Notes under the pieces: model-generated | What the model was told of the DNA's origin: nothing | Databases searched by the model: none | What the model saw: the letters and a program-made list of their open reading frames with translations, nothing else | Translations under genes and position numbers: made by a program | Shown: positions 19,627-29,456 of the stretch, in pieces | Layout: the number at the start of each line of letters is the position of its first letter | How positions within the stretch are numbered: the stretch's first letter is position 1 | Assembly: GCA_965248535.1 (NCBI GenBank) | Contig: CBDFJR010000002.1 | Location: forward strand, 1,760,001 to 1,824,000 | Direction of reading: 5' to 3' | Length of the DNA: 64,000 nucleotides | Source: Phormidesmis sp. | Lineage (GTDB): Bacteria; Cyanobacteriota; Cyanobacteriia; Leptolyngbyales; Leptolyngbyaceae

Positions 19627-21624
19627 ATGACTACACCCACCGCTATTGTCGAAAATTTTCCGGCGTTCTCTGGCAACCTGCGATCGCGACTCAAAGAACG
19701 AACCCTGCTTTTTCGCTACCTGGCTGAGATCAACCTGATTCTCGGAGCGTGGTATTTGCAATGGCGGATCGGTCATTCAATTAACTTCAGTGCGTTGTGG
19801 TTAGCAATCCCCCTTCTGTTGACAGAAATTTATAGCTATGTTGGCGGAGTCATGTTCACGATCGGACTCTGGCGACCCCTAGTGCGTCAGGTCAAATCGC
19901 TAGATCAGTTAACCCCGCCGTTACGTCGCGCCGATTGGTCAACGGTTGATGTTTTTGTCACCTGCTGCGGTGAGTCGCCCCAACTCGTTGAGCAAACCAC
20001 GCGAGCAGCGTTAGCGATCGACTATCCCGCGACTAAACTGCGCGTTTATGTCTTAGATGATGGAAACTCGCCTGAAATTCGGGCGGTCGCTCAAAAGCTA
20101 GGAATGGAGGATCTCCAGTCGCCGTTGCTGCAAACTGAGATCCAGCGAATTAAAACGGAGCGATCGCACCTGATTGAGCAATTGGAACAACTCAAACATT
20201 TAGCGTCTGATATTGAAGCGGCCGAACAATTATTGCAAACCTCACCCGGTGACAATGGCGCTCTAGAGGCGTTGCAGTCGCTTGAAAAATTGGTGCTGCT
20301 GTTAAGCCCCAATCATTTGAGTATGCACGATCGCCTCAACTCTGAACAACTCAAGATTGAAGCCGCGATCCATCAAAAAGAACTAGAGCTAACTGAACTT
20401 GTGCGCTGTCACTATATTGCTCGACCCAAGTCTGCGGGCAAGCCCCATCATGCTAAAGCAGGCAACATTAACTACGCTATCTTTTCAGGAGAAACCACTG
20501 GAGACTTCATTCTGACGCTGGATGCTGATCATATTTGCAAGCCGCAGTTTCTCAAGCGAGTGTTGCCCTACTTTTACACCTGCAACCCCCAGACAGGGCG
20601 CTACGAGAACAACCGCATTGGCTTTGTGCAAACGCCCCAAGACTTCTATAATCTCCCGTCGGGTGATCCCTTTGGGCATCAAGCACACTTGTTCTACGGC
20701 CCGATTCAACAAGGCAAAGACGGACTCAACTCAGCATTTTATACAGGCACCAATGCGGTTTTGAGACGAGAAGCGCTCGTCAGTGTCGGGCTGAAATATT
20801 TTTCAGAAGCGTTTGCAAAAGACGAAACTCGCCTAGACGAATTTGAGTTGATTGGCGGAATGTCTAGCAGCAGCATCACCGAAGATATGAACACGGCGAT
20901 GCGACTGCATGGGGCAGGGTGGCGATCGGTCTATCACAGTGAACTGTTGGCAGTCGGGCTAGCGCCTGATGATCTTAGCTCTACGCTCAAACAGCGACTG
21001 CGCTGGGCCCAGGGCACTATTCAGGTGTTGCTCCAAGAAAATCCTTGGAAGAAACCAGGGCTGAGTTTTTGGCAGCGACTCCAATATTTTCAGACAATGT
21101 ATAGCTATTTTTCTGGGTTTGCTACCCTGATTTTTATTGCTTGCCCAATCCTCTACTTTTTTTCAGGGGTGATTCCGGTCAGCGCCTATGGCAATGACTT
21201 TGCGCTGCACTTTTTTCCGGCGTTTGTGGTGAATCGATTGACGTTTATGGCTGCCACTTGGGGCATTCCGGCTAGTGAGGTCTGGCGCTCTGAGCAGTAT
21301 GCGATCGCGCTATTTCCCCTGTTTATTCAAGCGGTCTGGAGTGTTTTCACGAACCGCCCCATCAAATTTCAGGTTACGCCAAAGCAGAGACAATCAGGGG
21401 TTTATCTAAAACTGGTTTTGCCCCAAGTGTTGATCTTTGGTCTAACGATTTTAGGACTGGGGTGGAGTTTATTGTTATTGACAATGGGCAAATTGCAAGA
21501 TCCCTGGATTCACCTGCTTAACAGCGCTTGGGCAATTTATAATCTGACCCTTTTGTGGGCAGTGATTCGGGCGGCTGTGTGGCAGCCTAAATTAAGTGTC
21601 GGCGCGATCGAGCAATTCGATTAG
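19627..21624 (+). CDS. Cellulose-synthase-like processive GT2 glycosyltransferase without PilZ domain
   Basis: VDVFV, LDDG, HAKAGN, LDADH, VQTPQ, ITED and QRLRW (D,D,D,QxxRW); FQVTPK; C-terminal TM helices. Likely ATG at 19627. Confidence 0.92.
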   Translation: MTTPTAIVENFPAFSGNLRSRLKERTLLFRYLAEINLILGAWYLQWRIGHSINFSALWLAIPLLLTEIYSYVGGVMFTIGLWRPLVRQVKSLDQLTPPLRRADWSTVDVFVTCCGESPQLVEQTTRAALAIDYPATKLRVYVLDDGNSPEIRAVAQKLGMEDLQSPLLQTEIQRIKTERSHLIEQLEQLKHLASDIEAAEQLLQTSPGDNGALEALQSLEKLVLLLSPNHLSMHDRLNSEQLKIEAAIHQKELELTELVRCHYIARPKSAGKPHHAKAGNINYAIFSGETTGDFILTLDADHICKPQFLKRVLPYFYTCNPQTGRYENNRIGFVQTPQDFYNLPSGDPFGHQAHLFYGPIQQGKDGLNSAFYTGTNAVLRREALVSVGLKYFSEAFAKDETRLDEFELIGGMSSSSITEDMNTAMRLHGAGWRSVYHSELLAVGLAPDDLSSTLKQRLRWAQGTIQVLLQENPWKKPGLSFWQRLQYFQTMYSYFSGFATLIFIACPILYFFSGVIPVSAYGNDFALHFFPAFVVNRLTFMAATWGIPASEVWRSEQYAIALFPLFIQAVWSVFTNRPIKFQVTPKQRQSGVYLKLVLPQVLIFGLTILGLGWSLLLLTMGKLQDPWIHLLNSAWAIYNLTLLWAVIRAAVWQPKLSVGAIEQFD

Positions 21625-21639
21625 TCTCGCCTATCTGCT

Positions 21640-21648
21640 GGGTACACT
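21640..21648 (+). promoter_or_regulatory. Candidate SigJ/SigF-type -10 box GGGTACACT
   Basis: Resembles GGGaAtacT; 41 nt upstream of the STAS start. Confidence 0.45.
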
Positions 21649-21689
21649 AATCGAAGTCTAAAGTTATTCAAATTACTGGGTTTATTCTC

Positions 21690-22013
21690 ATGAGCTTAAT
21701 GGTCAAGGTCATCCAACCCTCTGGAATTTTGGACAGCATCAATGGAAACCGTCTCCGTCGGGAAATCAGCGATATGGTCGAAGATGGGGCTAAAGCGGTG
21801 CTGATTGACTGCCGCGAGGTCGAGTTTATGGACAGTTCTGGTTTAGGTGCTTTAGTGATGTCGCTCAAGACTGTTCGAGAAGCAGGGAGTAAGCTTTCAA
21901 TTTGTTCTATTAATGATCAGTTGAGAATCTTGCTTGAGCTGACGAGCATGGATGATATTTTTGAGATTTTTGCTACTCAGGAAGACTTCAATCAGACTGT
22001 GTTGGCAGCGTAA
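21690..22013 (+). CDS. STAS-domain anti-sigma factor antagonist (RsbV/SpoIIAA-like)
   Basis: VEFMDSSGLGALV phospho-Ser motif; 107 aa. Confidence 0.95.
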   Translation: MSLMVKVIQPSGILDSINGNRLRREISDMVEDGAKAVLIDCREVEFMDSSGLGALVMSLKTVREAGSKLSICSINDQLRILLELTSMDDIFEIFATQEDFNQTVLAA

Positions 22014-22077
22014 CGCTATTTGAAGAGTACAAAAGGTCAGATTACCCATTTGTCTGATGAAACAGCAGATCCACCGG

Positions 22078-22102
22078 AGGGCACGGGCTATCGTGCCCTT
22101 TT
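22078..22102 (+). terminator. Hairpin terminator / REP-like palindrome
   Basis: AGGGCACG-GGCTAT-CGTGCCCT followed by a T run, between convergent genes. Confidence 0.55.
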
Positions 22103-22217
22103 ACGATCGCTTGTCCCATAATTCTGTCAGTTTAACGAGAGTTTGATGGAATTTCCCGCGGGGGTTTCTCCTCTAAAAATGCTTCTAGAATGCGGGGAAA
22201 GACTGACTGAACTGACG

Positions 22218-23366
22218 TTAATTTAGCTGAATCTTGAGCAGTGAGCAGTCATCTTCAAACGGGATGCCACTGTTCAGCGCTAACACTTTCTGAACGATCT
22301 GATGAGGACTATTGAACGTTTCAGCAAAATCATGATTTGAAAGCAAATTGACAAAGCTATCTAGACTCCAAAATGTGTCATCGTCTTGCTTAATTTCATA
22401 AATTCCGTCACTAAAAAGATAGAGGGTGCTCGAAGCCTCAATGGTGCAAAAGCCGTTGACATAGCTGCTGTCCTTTAACATCCCGATCGGGGTGCCTCGT
22501 GTCTTTAACCGTTTGATTTGTGGGTCTGCATTTGGCTCTTGAGACAACAAAATTGCGGGTGGGTGTCCGGCGCTGGCATAGGTTAAAAGCCGCTTTTGCC
22601 GATTGTAAACGCCATACCAGATCGTAAAGTAGCGATCGTTTTGTCCATCCATTTGAAAGATTTCATTGAGCGCTTTCAACACATGGCTAGGCTGATAAAA
22701 GTTAACCCTATCTAGAGACTGCGATCGCAGCACATTTTGCATACTCACTGATGGCAGAGCCGAGCCTAAGCCATGCCCAGAAACGTCAAGCAGGTAGATC
22801 ATTAAATAATCGGGATCTAACCAGTAATAATCAAAACAGTCACCGCCCAGTTGTCGCGACGGAACAAATTGAAAGTCGATCGAAACCTCGCCGACTAGAG
22901 GCTTAGGAAGCAGCGATCGCACATATTCAGCCGCTTCGGTTAGTTCTGCTTCTAAGGTTTGTTTTTGAGCTTGCAGATCTTGGGCTAACTGATAGAGACG
23001 CAAGCCCGATCGCACCCGTGCTTTTAGCTCACTGACTTCGATCGGCTTTGAAAGAAAGTCGTCTGCTCCCGTATCTAGCCCCATAATCCGATCTTCGACG
23101 GTCGATCGAGACGTGAGCAAAATGAAGAATGTTTTAGACAATGACGCATCTGCTTTGACGTGGCGACAGACAGCTAACCCGTTCATTCCAGGCATTTGCC
23201 AGTCACAAATAATTAACGCTGGAAGATGATTTTTAGCTTGAATGATCCCTTCTTCACCCGTGCGCGCTAACAGCACTTCATAGCCCTGCTCTTGCAGCGT
23301 TCGTCTCAACACCATTTGAATAATCGGATCATCGTCAATAATTAAAATTTGTACCATATTAATCAA
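22218..23366 (-). CDS. Response regulator with PP2C/SpoIIE phosphatase output (RsbU/RsbP-like)
   Basis: REC (IIDDD, CDWQMP, KP) plus LGGDCF, DVSGHG, SAGHPP, FSDGIYE, EDDCS. Confidence 0.95.
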   Translation of the reverse strand: MINMVQILIIDDDPIIQMVLRRTLQEQGYEVLLARTGEEGIIQAKNHLPALIICDWQMPGMNGLAVCRHVKADASLSKTFFILLTSRSTVEDRIMGLDTGADDFLSKPIEVSELKARVRSGLRLYQLAQDLQAQKQTLEAELTEAAEYVRSLLPKPLVGEVSIDFQFVPSRQLGGDCFDYYWLDPDYLMIYLLDVSGHGLGSALPSVSMQNVLRSQSLDRVNFYQPSHVLKALNEIFQMDGQNDRYFTIWYGVYNRQKRLLTYASAGHPPAILLSQEPNADPQIKRLKTRGTPIGMLKDSSYVNGFCTIEASSTLYLFSDGIYEIKQDDDTFWSLDSFVNLLSNHDFAETFNSPHQIVQKVLALNSGIPFEDDCSLLKIQLN

Positions 23367-23564
23367 AAATCCCTGAATAAAATTCGTTATCTAAGAAGTA
23401 ACAATTAGGCAATGTATGTATCAAAGTCAATTAATTGAGTGTAGCCTAGGGAGAGCATTAGAAACTCATAAAAACCAGTCTTGTAGCGCTGAAATCTGAG
23501 CACTTGAAGATGAACTAATTGACAATAGGTTTCCCATTATCTACTAAAAAATCACTCGCTGAAA

Positions 23565-23990
23565 ATGGTTAGCAAACATCAAATTCGAGTTAAATCTGCC
23601 CTGACTGAGCTAGGTCAGCTTTTGTCGTGGTTCAATCAATTAAATCAATCTATGATTCCCTCAACGGTGTGGGTGCAGTGTCAAACAGCGCTAGCTGAAG
23701 GGTTTACTAACGCGGTGCGTCATGCACACAAAAATAAGTCTGTTGAAACTCCCATTGATGTTGAAGTAACGATTCAAGAGGGGTTTCTAGAAATTAGAGT
23801 GTGGGATTATGGTGCCATTTTTGATTTAGCTCAAAAGCTTGAAGCAACCTCTAAAATCGTTGATCAGATCTCCATAGGCGGACGGGGCTTAGTGTTGCTT
23901 AATCGTATTTCTGACCGCCTTAGCTATGATCGAACAGCAGACCAACGCAACTGTTTGCTAATTGTGAAAAAATACTCGCTTACTGTTTAG
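23565..23990 (+). CDS. Anti-sigma factor / Ser kinase (RsbW-like HATPase_c_2)
   Basis: [23 protein letters not shown]; overlaps the convergent kinase end by 11 bp. Confidence 0.92.
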   Translation: MVSKHQIRVKSALTELGQLLSWFNQLNQSMIPSTVWVQCQTALAEGFTNAVRHAHKNKSVETPIDVEVTIQEGFLEIRVWDYGAIFDLAQKLEATSKIVDQISIGGRGLVLLNRISDRLSYDRTADQRNCLLIVKKYSLTV

Positions 23991-26900
23991 TTCTCGCTAG
24001 CTTTTGAATCTGGTCAAACTTCTCTATCAGTTCTATAAATAAGCTCGAAGCTCCTTTGAGGTCACCTATTCTGGCTTTGCTTTCTAGCTGTGCGGCTGGA
24101 GCTTGAATGGCGATCGCGCCCATGTTTGCGCTAGAGCCTTTGATGTAGTGAGCTTCAAGCTCAACCGTGCGACAATCGTGTTCACAGATAGCCAACTCTA
24201 AGGCTTTTAAGTGATTGGGCAAAGTTTCAGATAGTGTTTTTAAAAGCTCTAACTCAAATGCCTCATTGCCATTAGAGAGATTGTGAAGATAGTTCCAGTC
24301 AATTAACTGATTGTGCTCTGATTGACTAGCATTTTTTTGACTAGAAGGCTGAACTGCGGCGGCTTGAATGACTTGACTCCAGTGGATCAGTTTAGCTGCT
24401 AGCTCTTCTTTGCGAACAGGTTTGCTAATGTAGTCGTCCATTCCAACATCTAAGCAGCGTGCTCGATCTTCTTTCATAGCATTTGCTGTCATAGCAATCA
24501 CGATCGTGCTGTTGACTTGACTTTCTAAACGACGAATTTCTTGAGTGGCTTCATACCCATCCAGTTCGGGCATTTGACAGTCCATTAAAATCAGATCGTA
24601 GTGAATTTTTGTGAGCAGATCTAAGACTTCTTGGCCATTGGCAGCCACATCTGCTTCATATCCTAAGTTTCTTAACTGGTTTAGGGCCACTTTCTGATTT
24701 ACCAAGCTGTCTTCTGCCAATAAAATCTTAAGTTTTATCTGACTCTTTGGGTTGATCGAAGCGGTTAGATTTGATGAATCAGGAACCACTTCTAAAACCG
24801 ATTGATTTGAGAGATGATCCGATTGATTGATGACTTCCATTAAGCAATCAAACAGACGAGACTGTTTAACTGGCTTGACCAAATAGGCAGCAAACCCAAG
24901 CTCTGCTGCATGATCAGTTCCTCTTTGATTGCAGAGGGAAGTCATCATCACTAACCGCGTCTCTGAGAGCGTTGAGTTAGCTTTAATTTGCTGGGCTAAC
25001 ATCTCTCCGTCTATCTCTGGCATCTGCATATCAAGAATGGCGATCGGGTAGGGGCTTTTTTGCTCGACTGCATTCTGCATAGCTATTATTGCGGCTCTGG
25101 CCCCTTCGGCTTCATCGACCTGCATTCCCCACGCAGAGACTTGGTGACGAATAATTTTGCGATTAGTGGCATTGTCATCTACCACTAAGAGTCTGAGTCC
25201 TTTTAAGCTGGCAGTCATTAGCTGCGTCGGCTGACTTATTATAGGATGAATTTGCTTCTTAAAGGAAATGACAAACCAGAACCTAGACCCTTGCTCTATC
25301 TGGCTTTCGACTCCAAGAGTGCCTCCCATTAAATCTATGAGTTGTTTGCAAATGGCTAATCCTAACCCGGTTCCTCCATACTTCCGGGTGGTCGAAGCAT
25401 CGACTTGAGAAAAGGGTCGGAATAGCTTTCTTTGCGCGTCTGGTGCGATGCCAATTCCTGTATCATTGACCGAAAATGAAATGGTGGCAGTGGTTGAAGT
25501 TTCTGATAGCAGAAAAGCCTGAATTAGGACTTCTCCAACGTTGGTAAACTTGACGGCATTTCCCGCTAAATTCATCAGCACTTGACGTAAGCGGCTTACA
25601 TCTCCGCGCAAATAATTTGGAACTTTTTTGTCAATTAATATCCCGATCTCAATGCCTTTTCGATAGACTGGCAATGCCAATAAATCAACGATTTCTTCGA
25701 TGCAGTTTTTTAGATCAAAATCCAAAACTTCTAGCTGCATTTCACCTGCTTCTAGCTTAGAAAAGTCTAAGATCTCATTGATTAACGTCAGCAGCCCATC
25801 GCCGCTCACCCGGATGGTTTCAGCAAAATCTCGCTGCTGTGAGTCGAGGTTAGAGTCTAAAAGTAAGCCCGTCATGCCGATAACAGCATTCATCGGCGTG
25901 CGAATCTCGTGACTCATGGTGGCTAAAAACGAGCTTTTCATCTGAGTGGCTTGCTCGGCTTCTCTGCGGGCGTGTTCTAACGCTAGGTTTTGTTGGGCGA
26001 GTTGTTCTCGCTGTTGAGTTTCTTGGGTTAGGAGACGAGATTGTTCTAGAGCAATGCTCACCTGATTGGCGAGTTGGCTGAGAAAATCGATTTCAAACGA
26101 TCGCCAGTGGCGAGGGGCAGAACATTGATGAGCAATCAGCAACCCCCACAACCCGTTGATTTCTAAAATGGGAACAATTAGGGTTGCCTGCACCTGAAAC
26201 TGGGCTAGCATCTCTTTGAGATCAGGCGAGAGATCTGCTTCTTTAACGTGGTCGATCGCCCAAGTCTGACCTTGCCGATCGGTCTGTTGATAACCACACT
26301 CAAAGCAGGTTCCTGGAATGGTGGAGTCAAGGGCAGAAGTCCAACTTGTGCCAACTGATTCTACAGCGATCGTGCCCTTCCGGTCTGGGCCAAATTGATA
26401 AATCACGACGCGATCGGCTTGAAGAAACTGGCGAACTTCTTGAACTGTTGTGGTGAGAATCTCTTGCAGATCGAGAGACTGACGAATGCGAAGGGTCGAA
26501 GCTGAGAGCAACTGCGCCCGATCGCTTTGCCGTTGCACCGATTCTTCGGCTTGTTTTTTCTCAACAAACTGACCAATTTGTTGCCCGATCGCGGTCATCA
26601 TCTCCAGCAGATCGCGATCGGGCTGATGAATTTTGTGGCTAAAGAAGGCAATCACCCCAAACACTTGATGGTTGCCTGAGATGGGGAACCCGATCGCCTG
26701 GTTCAACCCGGCGTGGCGGGCGGGAATCGATCGTAAAAACGTTTCATCCTGCACTAGGTCAGTCAGCCAGAGGGGTTTGCTGCCCTCCCAAACTCGCCCC
26801 GGCAGCCCCACCCCAGGGGCAAAGGTAAACGACTGGGTGACGGTTTGAAACTCGGCTAAGGGAGTCAGAGGCGCAGACCAAGCTTCGGTGAGCCGAAGGA

Positions 26901-28971
26901 CATTGGCTTGGGCATCGACTCGCCAAAATTCGCTCAAATCCCACCCTAAACGGTCACAAATTGTTTGAAGAACTCTAGAGATTGCCTGACACAGGGTGGA
27001 AGACTCGGCCAAAACACGAGCGATCGCATACTGAATGCTGCGGCGCTGGTCGGCCAATTTTAGGTCGGTGATATCTCGTGCGACCAACACAACTGACTGT
27101 GAAGACAGGGGAGAAATGCTAGCTGTAAAGTAAACGTCTCGCTCCTCGATCGTTAGACTATATTCACAGTTGAGGGTTTGTTGAGTGCTCAACGCGGTTT
27201 GAATCACCCCTAAGATCAGGTCAGCTTGGGAGGTGGGCAACGCTTCATGCAGGGTTTTACCAAGCATTTTGTCAGAAGGCTTGTAGAGATTGATGGGGTT
27301 AGTCGGAGCAATCTTGATGCACTGCCCCTCTGAGTCTCTGACCAATACCACATCGGTCATGGCAGCAAAAAGCGCTCCTAGCTCTGCTGCTGAGGCTTGT
27401 AGGGCGGTCTCGGCGTGCCGCCGATCGGTGATATCAATGCCCGTGCCAATCACATATTCGACTTGGCCTTGTGAGTCGGTTAGCGCGGTGTTAGACCAGG
27501 CAATGAGACGACGATCGCCCGATCGGGTGAGACAGTAGTTTTCATAATGACTAGGAAACTGTCCGATTTGTAGATCGGCAAAGAGGGCTTTGACTGGCTC
27601 AATTTGTTCATCGATTAAGAACAAATTCCAAAATAATTTGTTCCTGACTTCTTCAAACGAGTATTCGGTGACTTGCTCCGAGGTGCGATTAAACCGAACA
27701 ATCTTTCCTTGAGCGTCGAGAACAATCACGAGCGCATTGACCGTATCCAAAGTCGCCGCAATAAAGTCGCGCTCTTGCTCTAAGACAGTCTGGGTGCGCC
27801 GATGATTAAGAATTTCACGATGAATAAACGAATAAATCCAGACTAGAACCAGAAAGCTGAGTCCAATCCCCACTGAAGAAGTCAAGGTAGCTTTGCGAGC
27901 ACTGGCGATCGTGTCGGTTGATCGCTGTCTCAACAGGACATTTTCTTGGGTTTGCAGTTCATTGATCGCGTCGCGAATGCTGTCCATGACTTTGTTGCCA
28001 TAACCCGTTTCGACGATCGAGGTGGCGGCTTTCAATCCCTGCGTTCGGCGTATCTCGACGGTCTTTTTGAGTTCATCAAGCTTGTTGTTAATCAGTGATT
28101 CAAGAGCGTCTAGCTGTTGCTGCTGATGAGGGTTAGTTAGGGTCTGCGCTCGCAGATCTTGCAGTTCCTGCGCGATCCCTCTAAGCCCGGTGTAGTAAGA
28201 GTTTAAGTAGTGTTCTTTGCCTGTGATTAAATAGCCTCTCTGTCCGCTTTCGGCATCTTTGAGATCAGAGAGAATTTCGGTCAGGTCTAGAAGTATAGTG
28301 CGGGACTGGGCTTCTAAATTTTTGTCTTGAACAAATTCAGCATAACTTTGGTAAGAGACCATGCCCACGATCGCCAAAATCGTAGACGCTAGCCCAAACC
28401 CGATCGCAACTTTTGTAAAAAAATGCCGATTTGTCTTGATTTTCTGTTTACGGATTGTCTGAATTAGCTGTAGCTCTGCGAGATTTTGACGTAGCTCGAT
28501 TTGCCGAACAACCTGATGCGCCAGCGTTTTCAGCGCTTCAATCTGCTCGTGAGTCAGCGATCGTGGAACGTGGTCAAGCACGCAAAGTGTCCCCAAAGCA
28601 AAGCCTTCGGCGGTGATCAGAGGCACCCCGGCATAAAAGCGGATGTGAGGCTCACCTGTCACCAAGGGGTTGTCTGCAAACCGCTCGTCTGCCAGAGCGT
28701 CAGGCACAATAAAGGGTGTTGACTGCAAAATGGCATAGCTGCAAAATGCCAGTCTACGCGGGGTTTCTGTGGCTGCTAGCCCCACTTTTGACTTAAACCA
28801 TTGCCGCTTTGAGTCGAGCAAACTCACGAGGGCGATCGGAGTTTGACAAAGGTAGGCAGCCAGATGAGTGATATCGTCAAACGCCTCCTCAGAAGGGCTA
28901 TCTAAAATCTTGCACTCAAGCAGTGCTTGAAGTCTGGGCGCTTCTTCAGAAGGCGGCTGGGCAGGAATCAT
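23980..28971 (-). CDS. Membrane hybrid histidine kinase (GAF-TM-CHASE3-TM-PAS-PAS-GAF-GAF-HisKA-HATPase-REC-REC-HPt)
   Basis: N-terminal GAF ([14 protein letters not shown]), CHASE3 ([13 protein letters not shown]), SHEIRTPMN, two receivers (LDMQMP, MDCQMP), HPt AHYIKGSS. Confidence 0.95.
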   Translation of the reverse strand: MIPAQPPSEEAPRLQALLECKILDSPSEEAFDDITHLAAYLCQTPIALVSLLDSKRQWFKSKVGLAATETPRRLAFCSYAILQSTPFIVPDALADERFADNPLVTGEPHIRFYAGVPLITAEGFALGTLCVLDHVPRSLTHEQIEALKTLAHQVVRQIELRQNLAELQLIQTIRKQKIKTNRHFFTKVAIGFGLASTILAIVGMVSYQSYAEFVQDKNLEAQSRTILLDLTEILSDLKDAESGQRGYLITGKEHYLNSYYTGLRGIAQELQDLRAQTLTNPHQQQQLDALESLINNKLDELKKTVEIRRTQGLKAATSIVETGYGNKVMDSIRDAINELQTQENVLLRQRSTDTIASARKATLTSSVGIGLSFLVLVWIYSFIHREILNHRRTQTVLEQERDFIAATLDTVNALVIVLDAQGKIVRFNRTSEQVTEYSFEEVRNKLFWNLFLIDEQIEPVKALFADLQIGQFPSHYENYCLTRSGDRRLIAWSNTALTDSQGQVEYVIGTGIDITDRRHAETALQASAAELGALFAAMTDVVLVRDSEGQCIKIAPTNPINLYKPSDKMLGKTLHEALPTSQADLILGVIQTALSTQQTLNCEYSLTIEERDVYFTASISPLSSQSVVLVARDITDLKLADQRRSIQYAIARVLAESSTLCQAISRVLQTICDRLGWDLSEFWRVDAQANVLRLTEAWSAPLTPLAEFQTVTQSFTFAPGVGLPGRVWEGSKPLWLTDLVQDETFLRSIPARHAGLNQAIGFPISGNHQVFGVIAFFSHKIHQPDRDLLEMMTAIGQQIGQFVEKKQAEESVQRQSDRAQLLSASTLRIRQSLDLQEILTTTVQEVRQFLQADRVVIYQFGPDRKGTIAVESVGTSWTSALDSTIPGTCFECGYQQTDRQGQTWAIDHVKEADLSPDLKEMLAQFQVQATLIVPILEINGLWGLLIAHQCSAPRHWRSFEIDFLSQLANQVSIALEQSRLLTQETQQREQLAQQNLALEHARREAEQATQMKSSFLATMSHEIRTPMNAVIGMTGLLLDSNLDSQQRDFAETIRVSGDGLLTLINEILDFSKLEAGEMQLEVLDFDLKNCIEEIVDLLALPVYRKGIEIGILIDKKVPNYLRGDVSRLRQVLMNLAGNAVKFTNVGEVLIQAFLLSETSTTATISFSVNDTGIGIAPDAQRKLFRPFSQVDASTTRKYGGTGLGLAICKQLIDLMGGTLGVESQIEQGSRFWFVISFKKQIHPIISQPTQLMTASLKGLRLLVVDDNATNRKIIRHQVSAWGMQVDEAEGARAAIIAMQNAVEQKSPYPIAILDMQMPEIDGEMLAQQIKANSTLSETRLVMMTSLCNQRGTDHAAELGFAAYLVKPVKQSRLFDCLMEVINQSDHLSNQSVLEVVPDSSNLTASINPKSQIKLKILLAEDSLVNQKVALNQLRNLGYEADVAANGQEVLDLLTKIHYDLILMDCQMPELDGYEATQEIRRLESQVNSTIVIAMTANAMKEDRARCLDVGMDDYISKPVRKEELAAKLIHWSQVIQAAAVQPSSQKNASQSEHNQLIDWNYLHNLSNGNEAFELELLKTLSETLPNHLKALELAICEHDCRTVELEAHYIKGSSANMGAIAIQAPAAQLESKARIGDLKGASSLFIELIEKFDQIQKLARTKQ

Positions 28972-29456
28972 AGGTTCTGTCTAACAAGAAAGAGGTCGAG
29001 AAAAGGGCTGTCCCTGAATCGTTAAGCTCAGAGTTTTTTTAACCAACCCTGCCTGATTTGCTTGATCAGGACAGAATCGGCCGTGAGAATTGGTTATTCG
29101 TTATCGCGAGTTCTCTCATCTCAGCGATCGCTGCTAGAATGCCCCATTGATGAATTGAACTGAACTGTTTTGATAGAGAAACTTAGCTACTTTTTTCTAT
29201 CTAAAAAGATTGAATAACTTTTGAGAATACGAAGAAAAATTCTCTCGATTTGTTAACCGCTAGAACAAGGCAATTTAACCTCAAGCAATAGGCGCAAGAT
29301 AACATAACTCCAAGCTAGACATCCAGAGAGCTATGGCTTAGTTTGGTCAGCAGGTTTAGAACACCTAAATTTTGGGCCTTTCTCATTTTCCGGTAATCTA
29401 CGATCGGGCGCAGAAGTTACTCACCATCTCTCTTTGATCAAACCTTAGACACCCTC

